Positions 1-11,003 of a stretch of 64,000 nt of DNA are shown here, in pieces. Within the stretch, counting starts at the first letter, position 1. Each line of letters begins with the position of its first letter. Position numbers and translations under genes: made by a program. Source of the stretch: Phoronis australis (lineage: Eukaryota > Animalia > Phoronida). The stretch lies in the NCBI GenBank assembly GCA_002633005.1, contig NMRA01000014.1, forward strand, positions 1,453,550 to 1,517,549. Reading direction: 5' to 3'. The notes beneath the pieces were generated by a model. It did no database searches and was not told the origin of the DNA. It saw only the letters and a list, made by a program, of their open reading frames with translations.

Positions 1-3000
1 GAATGTTTTATTGATGACACTGCTGCTGAGTTTCCGCGATCCCCCTCCCAGAGCCAGGTGTAGAGTGTTGAGGAACCAAGAGATAAAGTCAATAGGGTCA
101 CCTGGAGAAGACAAGAAATGACTCGAATGTTACATGAACAGTAATTGTCAGTTTATGACCTGAGCGGCGTTTAAATGCATGCAGCACTTTTTACATCAAC
201 AAAAATTTGACAAGAAAAGCTTTGATGAAAAAGGTCACATTAGCTGTCTGCCAGTATCATGTCAAGGCTATACTGCTAACAAGAAGCATTTGAATACATC
301 AATTTTTTCTAAGTTATCCCTACTTAAAATGTGTCGACAGTATGTATAAGTCAAGAAATTATTGAACGTCAAAATTAGAGAACACAGAATTAGAGCTCCA
401 CACACCTTGGGCAGTGATTTGAAATTTCTTCTTGCTACACAGCACCACAGCCTGTAACATCTCATGTGGGCTGACGTGTGCCTTGAAGTTGCGAGGGTTC
501 CACAGTTTCCTTAACAGTTCACCAAACCTCTGTACCAACAGGAACAGTTGGTCACCAGGGGGTCGCTTGACATTCTTATAATTGTCCTCTTGCAGGAAGT
601 AGTCTCTGAGAGGAGTTACATGAGACAAGGCCTGAAACACATGTGCGTCAGATTTGTCGAAACTATTGAAAAATGAAGGAAGTCATTTGGTTAAAGACAC
701 AGGGAAATTGCGAACGATGATGAAGGAGATATCACCTGTCCAGAACTTTAAACAGGCTGCCCAAATCCTCCTCGTGCCAATGTTTGAGAAGGGTAGACAC
801 ATGACAAATATACCAAAGTACATTTAAAGATTGAACTAGAGACAACAACGTAAGAAAGAGTTTAAGAGCATTCAAATTTTAGAACATCTATGTAACAATG
901 TTGCAATACTACGACGGGTGTAAAATTTCACACTTTCCTCATGAGCACACTTTTTACGCTTTTCTCGATGCCCATCGGTTATGTTAATAACTAAAATGTT
1001 TTTTATCCCTGGCAGCCAGGCTTGGATCGACAACATATGGCAAGCTATCTTTGCTAGGAAACATTCAAACAGCCTTACATTTACTGCTGAAGCTTGTTCC
1101 CAAATTTTACTCAAAGATGACACATTTTCCAATTTTGCTTGGACCTTGGATGCATGATTTTGTGAATCAATTTAAACCTCTGAGATTCTTGAGAGAAACA
1201 AGCCAACAGGAACATGACACACAATGTAACAGAGCTGAACATCATGTTGTGAAATAGGACTGAGCATCATGTTCAGTGAGTAGTTACTGTCTAATAATAA
1301 ACAACTCGAATACATACAAGGACCCACGAAAAGAAAAGGCTTTCATTGAATTGAACTCACCTCTTTCCCGAAGGTAGAAAAATGCATTGCATGACTGATC
1401 TAATTTTCAAGAATGTCAGGTAGAACAGAAATGATGAACAAAGGAAAAACAAACATTGACCATCCAGCACTGATATTATCAAATTTTGATATCAACACTG
1501 CAACCCAAAATTGCAGTTGAAAGAACAGATTAGTGTTTCTAAATGCGCATAATATTAACCTACTGGAGTTGAAAGAACAAGAGTTGAAAAACTTTTACAT
1601 ATTTAATATGAAAGAACAGGTTAAGTTTCATAAATGGCAAATGAATGCCATGATGTGATCATGTGAGAAGAATGATGTCACTAACACATCACTTATTCAC
1701 ATAATTTAAAGAAGACAACATTAGCGAGCATTATGACTGATGGAAAATGTAGGTATGAGACAGTCAGGGTATGCTGGTCTCAAGTTGAACTACCAGATGA
1801 GCTGCTGTCAACCATTTCCAGTGTTCAAAACAAAGGATACACACTACACTGGGCAGTTTCAGGCACTGGCGACTCAGATGATGTTACCATGAAACTGACA
1901 TGGAAGAAAGAACAACACAGCAATGACAGGACAGCAAGTAAATCAAGTAATCTTGTCCCGTATAAAGGAGAGTCTGTTGGCAATCCAACGGAGGTGTCCT
2001 ATACATCAGGTAGCAGTTGTAAAGAACAACTGAGAAACCATACTGATAAAGATGTAAGTTTGCAAAAAATCAAACAGTCTGAATGTGCTAAAAGCAAAGT
2101 TTCATTAGATGAAAAGAAGTCTGGTTTATGCCACTTGAAAGACACAGGTGAATCTCAAAACCCCATGGAAAGAGAGAATGAGGGCTATATTCCTAATAAA
2201 AAGGTGGCTGGATATGCACAGTGGGCAACAGAAAAAGAAGCAGGATATGAACTCTACAATAGAAACTTAGTACAACTATCAACCTCAAAAAGTAAAGAAA
2301 CTGGAAACAGAAACCAGCATGGACTGATAACTAGTGAGGAGACATGTGTCAGAAGTGATCCAAACAGTGCATGTAGTTCACAAACTAAACAGCACTGTCA
2401 TAAAATCCATGTTCAAAGGGAACAGCAACCCAGGCCAATTTCAATAGTGTGCAATTGTCTGGACCACAACACACATTCCCGCTCAACACAGACTCAAGTG
2501 AGTGGGTTGAACCTTAGGACACTTAGCAGAGAGGAACCACCTAATAGAGAGTTGGGCAGGATTGTCCAATTAAGGAACCAGCTACTAGCTGAGGTTTTGG
2601 GTGAAACTCCAGTCATGGTCTGTTTTAACATGGACAAAAGTGAGATCAGTGTGAAGTACTCAGGTGACCACCTGTACAACACATATTGTGATATACTGAA
2701 TAACCCAGCACACAGAAAAGTGGAGAGAGACAATGAATCCCTTCGTCATCAACTAGCTGTCATGCTAGAGGCAGTCAAGTGTGAAGACAGCAAGAGACAG
2801 GTCAGCTTACAGACACAACACAGTAGTCAAGATCACCAGCTGGAGTCACAGTGTGAAATATAATGACAAATAAAACCAATTTAGTGAGTGGCTATCCCTT
2901 TAATTTTCTGGTTCTTTATAATCAAAGAATCCTTAGATAAACAGTTGGTTTTTGGTAACACCCCAGTAACAGAAAATACACCAGCAATACACACCTGAAG

Positions 3001-6000
3001 CACAACATTGCAGTAGTCATTAGCCTTGATGTTGTTCAGACCCACAATGCCTACAAAGAAATGGATGTGATAGCAGAAAATAATACTAAATTATACGTTA
3101 CCAACGAAATTGCAAATTCCAAAAGAGTAATCACTACGGAGCACAAAAGAATATTAATTACCATCATTTTTCAATTCCAAGCATCCAGAAAGCTGATACT
3201 CGTCATACAGTTCAACTTGTAATTGTATGCTAAACCTTAGTCACTGTGTTTACCATAAAATATTTACTCCATCAAACCCAATAGGCCAGTGCACCAACAA
3301 TCCACATCAACAGCTGCAGTATCCAACTTGCACAAAAATCACTCAATTTTCTGCTTACCACGCCAGTGTTCTTTGATGTGTTGGTATGACATCACTCCAC
3401 CAGGTGGCATACAGAGTCATATATGACACTGAAAACATGTCTAAATTGTTCTTTGTTCTTTGGATTTTTGTGTATTATTGAGTTTCAAGACATTTCGATT
3501 GATCCTGTTTGTTGTTAAGCTTCCTTCAGTAAAAAGCCCAAGAGAGTAATTGTCAGTTTAAGCACTTAACAAGTTTTTTGACTACCACAGTTAATGCTTT
3601 GATGAACTCAGAAATTGCTCATTAACAATCTATTATTATCATTGTCCATACGACACTCTCAAAAGAACTCCTTACCTGGAAGGTATGAGGTTCTGTCAAA
3701 GGCCAGGCACATCTTAGGGTTGTTGTCCAAGTTGGAGATGTGTGTATGTGTAAAAGTAGGATTAAGCACATACTGAAAGTAGACACACATCTAGAGTGTA
3801 CTAATCGTGACCAACAATCTTTGTAACATATTAAAGAATGCATTGATTTTTAAAATAGAAGTGTTGACAGTCATTCTACCTTGAGATGGGAACACGCTGG
3901 CTGCAAACCTTCAAACACTGTTTTAGCACCTTGAAAGATAATAAATAAGACTAAAGCACTAAATCTTTGATACATGGCCCTGTGACCCTCGCCAACCGTC
4001 CACCTTATTAACTTACAAGGCCTGCTATACCAGCAAGTGTGACTAATGCTTTGTGCGAGTCAGTTGAAAAGTGTGGGAGAAAGACCAACCATGTAGCACA
4101 CAGACTCCACCTTGTGATAAAGTGGTAGACTACTAATCAGTTTTGAACATCCAAATAGTGCACAAAGGTGACTACACCAGTTTTGGGGGAAATCTCCAGG
4201 AGAGGGTTTAGTGTGAATTCATGCCATCTTCCAATTTTTTTTTATTTAGACCACCTACTGTTACTGAACTGGTCTCTGCTTGGATCAGAAGAGACTTTTG
4301 GGATTGGAAAGAACTACTGTTTGTAGTTGATGTATTAATGGGATGACTGATCTAACATTTCTCTGTCATTCTTTGACTTCATCAGCTGGGATACATTCCT
4401 TTTGTTTCATGTTCAATGGAAGAAAACTAAACAAAACTAATAGTCTCACTAAATAATTTCATAAGGTTGGTAGAGAACACATAGATTAATTCTTATTAAC
4501 ACAATCAAGCAAAAACGCTGTACATTGACAGTTTTGGCTACTCACAGCAGCCATGTTCGGAAGCTATTGAACACTGGAAAGACACTCGTCCTGTTGAGTC
4601 AGAAAATAACTTGAGATCTTGACGGATTAGAGAGTCTATTTGGGTGAGAAAAAAGGGCTCAGTTATGAACAGAAACAATGGGATATAAACTATCTAAAAT
4701 TTGGAACAGTGTCACCACCACGCCACCTAGTGTCCAATGGCTTTCAAAGATGACTGCTGTGAGTAGCCGAAACTGTCAAGATACAGCATTTTTGCTTGGT
4801 TGTGTTAATAAGAATTAATCAATGTGAACACCTAACAGTCAATTACTACTAGAGTGGGTGTCTTACAATGATGTCATCCAGCGAAGAGTCAATGACTTGG
4901 TAGTTATCAGGTAAGCAGTAAAACTTGTGCGTCTCCAGGTTAAGGTAGACATGATGACCCTCCTGAACACTGTGGGTGTAGGCATGTGACTTCTGACCTC
5001 GCCCTGTAACAGTATAGTCATCATATATTACTTATAATAAAACAATCTTATTCATTTAGAAAGCAAACATCATGTGGTAATTACATTTTCATAACGTAAT
5101 TCAGTACACTCGATACTTTTCTGCACAAAATTCAGTTGTTGTCACACACAATAATTTCAGTTTTTACACGGCCCGTGTTTCTGCAGAAGTTTTTGAAAGC
5201 ATTCAGATAATGGTAGACTGCACATAAAAATCCGAAAATTAAACGGCACAAACTTGGTATGTTAAGATAAGGTAGGACACTAGAAAGATGGCCAATTTTG
5301 GCTAACTTCAGAACATATGGTTGATCGGGTTTGTATAAAACTTTCAGATAGTATGCTTTAAGCACTGTTCTCNACAGTTTCGGCTACTCACAGCAGCCAT
5401 CTTCAGAAGCTATTGAACACTGGAAAGACACTCGTCCTATTGAGTCAGAAAATAACTTGAGATCTTGACGGATAAGAGAGTCTATTTGGGTGAGAAAAAA
5501 GGGCTCAGTTACGAACAGAGACAATGGGCTATAAACTATTTAAAATTTGGAACAGTGTCTTCACCATGCCACCTAGTGTCCAATGGCATTCAAAGATGAC
5601 TGCTGTGAGTAGCCGAAACTGTCAAGGTACAGCATTTTTGCTTGGTTGTGTTAATAAGAATGTGAAAACTAACAGTCAATTACTACTGGAGCGGGTGTCT
5701 TACAATGATGTCATCCAGCGAAGAGTCAATGACTTGGTAGTTATCAGGTAAGCAGTAAAACTTGTGCGTCTCCAGGTTAAGGTAGACATGATGACCCTCC
5801 TGAACACTGTGGGTGTAGGCATGTGACTTCTGACCTCGCCCTGTAACAGTATAGCCAACATACTTATAATAAAACATTCTTATTCATTTAGAAAGCAAAC
5901 ATGTGGTAATTACATAACGTAATTCAGTACACTCGATACTTTTCTGCACAAAATTCAGTTGTTGTCACACTCAATAATTTCAGTTTTTACACGACCAGTG

Positions 6001-8980
6001 TTTCTGCAGTAGTTTTTGAAAGCATTCAGATAATGGTAGACTGCACATAAAAATCCAAAAATTAAACGGCACAAACTTGGTATGTTAAGATAAGGTAGGA
6101 CACTAGAAAGATGGCCAATTTTGACTAACTTCAGAACATATGGTTGATCGGGTTTGTATAAAACTTTCAGATAGTATGCTTTAAGCACTGTTCTCCAAAA
6201 CTCTGAATTGCTTTTAAAATGTTTTATTTTTGCATAAAAGCAGTATCAAAATAGGACCTTTATGATTTTTCATGAAAACAATGAAGTGGAATTAATTAAA
6301 ATGAAATGAAATAATTCAGAAAAAGTGTAGCAGCATTTTTGGTATTTTAGTAAAAAAAATGTTATACTATAGCCCCAGTCCTATGTAATCATGCATGAAC
6401 ATGGCAGTCCGGGAAAGTGAAATCCAATTCAGGTAGACAAAGTCTACTCTAAGTTTAAAATATACAGTTAAATACTTTAATTTAAAAAGTACTTTTTTCC
6501 AAATAGCTGCAGAAATCAACTACACTCAAGTTGTGGAATGCACATTCATAGCTGGCGTCTTTACCTAGTATTGGAATAAAGATCATTTGTTACCTACCGG
6601 CGACCTGGTTATATAACTTTTGGGCCCATCTTGGGTACTTTGTCGGAGCACTCGTAGGCCTGAAAGCTAGGTTCTCAAATGTAACCAGGCCATCGACAGG
6701 TAACAATCTTTACTTCAATACAATCAAGTTCAAGTTCAGTCCAATGTACGGTCTTTTCTCTAATAGTTTGTACACTCTATTAGTTACTACACGGCCCTTG
6801 AAATATGATGTACCTTGGAAATAATTGGATACTGGCTGTGGTAATCAACCAGTCTTAAGTTCTGGTTCTGCCCAACATACCTTGGAAATATTTGCCACAA
6901 ACAAGACATGCATAGACGTTCAAGTTAGACAACGAAATGGAACACAGCTTCTCAAAGTCAAAGTCCAATACAGATCTGAAAATAAACAAAATATGTTGAC
7001 CACCATAGCTGATAGAACAGAGATCATGAATGTGATATTAGATGTAAAGAACTGAGCCATAATTCATGTTTTTCATTGAATGCGTAGTCACCAGGTATGA
7101 CCAGCTCATCCGCTCACCAAGAACTGTTAAACAACATGATGTGAAAATCAACATTTTGCGAGTCTGCGCAAAATTATTTCAGCAAAAATACAACTTACGA
7201 GTACAGGAAGTTAAAGAAAGGAAGCACAATTATCAAAAGCTGAAATGGTTGCTGGAGTTACTTTTGATGCTCAATATTACAAGGTAATATTATGCTTTTG
7301 AGATCTGAAAATACCACACTAGGTTATATGTGGAGATAACTCTGACCAGAAATCATTAAGCTCATACATGCTAGTGTTGGTTTGAGAGAAAAATGACTGA
7401 ATACGAGGTTAGATGGAAACAATTAAATTCAACATGTGGACTTCCAACGTTTCAGGCAAATAAAAACAGCCAGCACCCAAATCCTATTTTGCAATTTAAT
7501 TCTATCAATTCTGTTTTAAATACCACTTTCACCTGTTAATAGTGTCGAGGTATGGGCACATACGACGGATGTCCTTCTTCACGGGGACTGAAAAGAGAAG
7601 AATTACGAATGGAGGATTGAAGCTGTCTTGCACAATGTGGGAATCGGCTCATGTAGGAGTCCTACTAAGAGTGTCCACATACAGTGGTATTCAAAAACAT
7701 GTCGATGAATTTTGTCAAAATTTGTTTGGTTTTATTGAAGTTATGGCAAAATCCTACAATGAAAACTGCCAAGTATTTCTTTTCTTCCAAAACGTGAGTT
7801 AGCGTGCGCCTGTTATGCTAACGCTCCACTCATTCGAAGTTCTTTGTTTGTCAGGCAGAGGGTAGTTGGTGTTTCTCAAAATTTTTGGAGGTTTTCTTGT
7901 GAGTGACATTGATTCCTGCATGAGTCACCTTTTTTAAAGAGGAAAAAGTTTTACATCAGCGTGAACAGTTTGTTATGAAACATGCTTCAGGTGAATCATA
8001 TGAGCCTCTGTTAGCCACTCGCTAAAGGGCAATTGCCTCTGAATGGTTAGCATGCTTGCCGGTTTTATCAGTGTTCCTGGCTTGATTTCCAGGTCGGGTA
8101 ATCTCGACAATTACTACAACTGGCATAAACGGATGATATGCCGATGAACCACTACATGGTTCCTGGAATCTCAGAACGCACGCTTACTGGTAGTGGTGAT
8201 GCTAGACTCCTAAACCAGGAGTCTAGGACCTTAATGTGGGACAATCTTGGGATTCACTTTCTATTTGGCCATCCTGGTGAGGTGGAAGCCTAGGAGTAGG
8301 ATCTTTTTATGTTATAACACTAGAATCTTGTGTTCACCCACTAGGTGGTGCACATGTATATAGGAAAGGGGGGAAAAGCTGTGAAATGTGCTTCTGGTGA
8401 TTCAGCCTTTGTTAGCCACTCGCTAACGGGCAATTACCTATTAGGTAAATGGTTAGCACACTTGTCAGTTTTATCAGGGTCGCTTATTGGATTCCCAGGT
8501 TGGGTAATCTCGGCACTTACTGTCTATAAGCTCAATGAACGAAAAAGTAGTACGAGTCAAGTGCAAGCTACAAATATAAATGGGAGGAAATATGTACAAA
8601 AATAGAGGACAGAATGTCTATGCACATAGAGTAAATGAAAATAGAAGTATAAAATGATAACACTTGGCATTGCCGCAATAGAGACCACGCTGACATTCCC
8701 AACCTTGGTATAAAAAGTGAGTTAAAACATTGATAAAGCCGATAAAGGTGCGGATATATTCGGCCCGGCCGGGTACACAATGATTTATTTTTCTTACCCG
8801 CAGCAACTAGCAAAGTGCCGTCTTCCATCGACCATATCTGCATTTTGCAGAGAGGTAGTGATACTCGTACAAAATCAAGAAATACTTAGTAATATTTATT
8901 GACTTACTAGAGTCTTCCTCGTCAATTTGGGAAGACGATCGCTTCAGAGCAGACTTCAAATGCACACTGGAGGCATCCAT
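1..8980 (-). CDS. USP39: U4/U6.U5 tri-snRNP-associated protein 2 (USP39/Sad1), 5' part; continues beyond window start
   Basis: Coding exons in transcript order: 8980-8908 (MDASSVHLKSALKRSSSQIDEEDS), 7587-7533 (VKKDIRRMCPYLDTINR), 6975-6881 (SVLDFDFEKLCSISLSNLNVYACLVCGKYFQ, ZnF-UBP), 5840-5704 or identical copy 5003-4867 (GRGQKSHAYTHS...KFYCLPDNYQVIDSSLDDII), 3772-3676 (YVLNPTF...YLP), 3050-2995 (GIVGLNNIKANDYCNVVLQ, inactive Cys box), 631-406 (ALSHVTPLRDYF...HVSPHEMLQAVVLCSKKKFQITAQ), 101-1 (GDPIDFISWFLNTLHLAL). All introns GT-AG, phases consistent. The first exon is the least certain. Confidence 0.96.
1733..2863 (+). CDS. Uncharacterised 376-aa intronless ORF nested antisense in a USP39 intron
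   Basis: 1131-nt open frame, much longer than other intronic ORFs here; ATG at 1733, TAA at 2861-2863, AATAAA at 2869-2874; lies wholly inside the USP39 intron 632-2994. No family recognised. Confidence 0.6.
   Translation: MTDGKCRYETVRVCWSQVELPDELLSTISSVQNKGYTLHWAVSGTGDSDDVTMKLTWKKEQHSNDRTASKSSNLVPYKGESVGNPTEVSYTSGSSCKEQLRNHTDKDVSLQKIKQSECAKSKVSLDEKKSGLCHLKDTGESQNPMERENEGYIPNKKVAGYAQWATEKEAGYELYNRNLVQLSTSKSKETGNRNQHGLITSEETCVRSDPNSACSSQTKQHCHKIHVQREQQPRPISIVCNCLDHNTHSRSTQTQVSGLNLRTLSREEPPNRELGRIVQLRNQLLAEVLGETPVMVCFNMDKSEISVKYSGDHLYNTYCDILNNPAHRKVERDNESLRHQLAVMLEAVKCEDSKRQVSLQTQHSSQDHQLESQCEI
4527..4776 (+). mobile_element. Penelope-like retroelement 3' fragment (GIY-YIG C-terminus) with inverted pLTR ends, copy 1
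   Basis: Degenerate translation HWKDTRPVESENNLRS*RIRESIWVRKKGSVMNR.NG..LSKIWNSV resembles the PLE endonuclease tail (W..R.I.E.I.I....MNRD.G..L); flanked by inverted ~35-nt arms gacagtt(t/c)ggctactcacagcagc / gctgtgagtagccgaaactgtc. Confidence 0.7.
5374..5410 (-). ncRNA. Minimal hammerhead ribozyme core (Penelope-associated)
   Basis: Minus strand reads gctt-CTGAAGA-t-GGCTGCT-gtg-AGTAGCC-GAAA-CTGT(n): CUGANGA box, 7-bp stem II, GAAA box, very short stem III; the other arms end GAAACTGTC but have mutated cores. Confidence 0.5.
5374..5623 (+). mobile_element. Penelope-like retroelement 3' fragment, copy 2 (within duplicated segment)
   Basis: Near-identical to 4527-4776; left arm retains CTGAAGA...GAAAC on the minus strand. 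Confidence 0.65.
6569..6720. mobile_element. Small inverted-repeat element (MITE-like)
   Basis: tattggaataaagat..ttgttacctaccggcgacctggtta pairs with taaccaggccatcgacaggtaacaatctttacttcaata. Confidence 0.5.
8010..8515 (+). mobile_element. Two diverged copies (about 8010-8108 and 8411-8515) of a tRNA-derived SINE-like head
   Basis: Both carry gttagccactcgctaa.gggcaatt...aatggttagca..cttg.c.gttttatcag...gatt.ccaggt.gggtaatctcg, matching the better-preserved A/B-box copy at 58931-58999. Confidence 0.55.
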
Positions 8981-9352
8981 TTTTCACGCCGTGTGTGTTG
9001 TACGTCATCAGAATACGCGTTTGCGGAGACCAAAACCTAATTTTGGAAACAAAGTTTTTTATCAGAAACATAAAAATGTGACAAAAAGTTAAAAAAGACA
9101 AAAGCAAAATAAAAATGCCACATAAACGAAATTTTGTTTAACATTTTCAATTAGTGGACATATTCGTCAAAATAGGCTTTTGGGACGCTTATGAAACTGC
9201 GGTGTTAGTGATGACGAAGTTCGTCAACAAAAGCAGACCTGTGCAGGAGAGCTGTGCACTGACAATATTCTCGGGCAAGAAGAGAACGAACAGCTGTAAC
9301 ACTGGTGCTATGACTTATATGTGCTGTCGAATCAAATAGAAGGGAAAAGGAC
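8981..9352. promoter_or_regulatory. Putative bidirectional promoter USP39/C2orf68
   Basis: Only 372 bp separate the divergent ATGs; CpG-richer than flanks; CRE-like TACGTCA at 9001 and palindrome TGACGAAGTTCGTCA at 9212-9226. Confidence 0.6.
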
Positions 9353-11003
9353 ATGGCTGATAGTAAAACCAAGTTAAATATGAAGCATGGTTTTATGCAG
9401 AGCATCATTAAAAATCAAGTCGATAGGTGTGTTATTACAAATTTGAGAATTTAAATTTGCATAAATTATTTCAATTTAATTTACCCCACAGTCAGTTGAT
9501 CAGTTAGCAAGCTTAGGCAGTGCTACTGTCTCAGAGCAACAGCAGTAGAGACGGAAGACAATTACATCGCCCTGGATGCCTGGCCAACTGAGGGGCTACG
9601 TGTTGCCTATAGGGACGGTGGCCATACGGCATATGGCCCTTCATATGCCGGAAGCTTTGTCCATTTTTACACTGCTCGTGCATGAGGATATGGCGACATC
9701 ATTCTGTATATCGACCTTCAGTCTGGGTCGATACGCAGAATAATGTCTCGTGTGGTGGGATATTTCATAGACACGCTATTCTTGGTACGTTTTGTGTGTG
9801 TATCTTTCTGAAAGCTATTCTCGTTTGAATTTAAATAGCTCACAAAAAGTGAGCAGCTCACTTACTGTTGAGCAGACAGTCAGTATCAGCAAAGTATTGA
9901 ATTATACCAAAAAAAAAAAAACATCCATGGTATCCTAGTGAATTCCCCAGACGACTAGCAATGCTGTCTTAAAACAGTCACATGTTGTTGTTGTTGCATG
10001 AAGCTAATGGCATTTCATACTTGCTTGTGTTGTGATATCTACAATCCTGGGCTATTCCTAATTTCCTGTCTGTGTCATCTGCCTTTGTGACTGCTTAAAA
10101 CTGCTTTGAGTTTCTAAAAGTTATTGGACTTAATATTTACACCAACTTATAGCCTGTTTACTTAGAGCAATATTGTTTTTTCTGACACTCACACATTAGT
10201 CTATGTCATAGCGATGAACAAATAGCAGTCATGACTTGTGTCTGTTCCAGAGATAACTATGATAAAGAGGTCAAGGCGAAATTGCAAGAAGAGAAAACTA
10301 CTGTGAAAAAGTCTTTGAGGCAAAGAAAACCAGACTTGCAAACCTATATTCCTCCCACAAACAGAAGAAAGACAAAGGATGGTAAACAGGCCTGAAGTGC
10401 TGACTTTGACCTTTGAATTTAAACATTTTCAGTTGTATAATGTCTAACTGTTGTTAAAAATAAAACTTTTTGCAATTCCTCGTAATAATCAAATACTTTG
10501 AGATTTTTTTTCATTTCAGATGAAGACTGCAATGACGGCACACAGTTTGAGTCCCTAAAAATAGAATATGAGGATGAAGAGGGGAATGTATCTGAGCTTC
10601 TGGTGTGCAAGGTAAGTGATTGTCCCATTATTTGAATGGTTCTGTTTACTTGTGTTCTAAACACCTTTATATGCCATATGTACTCACATTGTTTAGCTGT
10701 CTTATCTTAAACATGAAGACAAATGATGTATTGCTGTTCGTTTCTACACAGAAACTCAAACAATTGTAAAAAAATCATTTGGCAAATGCATTTAAGTGCT
10801 GCATTTAAATAATAGGGATTTCATTTAAACAAATTAGATGGACTGTGTGTGACCTCAAATGGTTAATCAGTTTATTTTTTTCATAGGACGACGATATTGG
10901 CACTATGGCTGAAAACTTTGGTGCTAGTAAAAGTATGACGCCCTTATTGTTGTTGGCATTTAAAAAAATGGTCCTTGAAGAGTCGGCTGCCATTTGGCCG
11001 TAG
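9353..11003 (+). CDS. C2orf68: UPF0561 protein C2orf68 homologue (137 aa, 4 exons)
   Basis: Exons 9353-9426, 10251-10381, 10520-10611, 10887-11003, GT-AG and in phase. Protein MADSKTKLNMKHGFMQSIIKNQVDRDNYDKEVK...RKPDLQTYIPP...LKIEYEDEEGNVSELLVCKDDD...; matches UPF0561 motifs as I recall them from the human protein (LDMNHGF..I.RNQ..RD.YDK.VK, RKPDLQVY.P, LEYE..SG.V). Missed by the ORF track because the exons are short. Confidence 0.88.

Larger units (their letters stand above)
4528..6195. repeat. ~830-bp tandem duplication split by a single N at 5373 (probable haplotype/assembly artefact)
   Basis: 4528-5372 and 5374-6195 align end to end with scattered substitutions and small indels; both contain the same 137-nt USP39 exon. 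Confidence 0.85.

Noticed and set aside
5132-6188. Pair of near-identical 77-aa ORFs (5132-5365, 5955-6188)
   Set aside because: By-product of the duplicated segment around the N; non-ATG starts, intronic.
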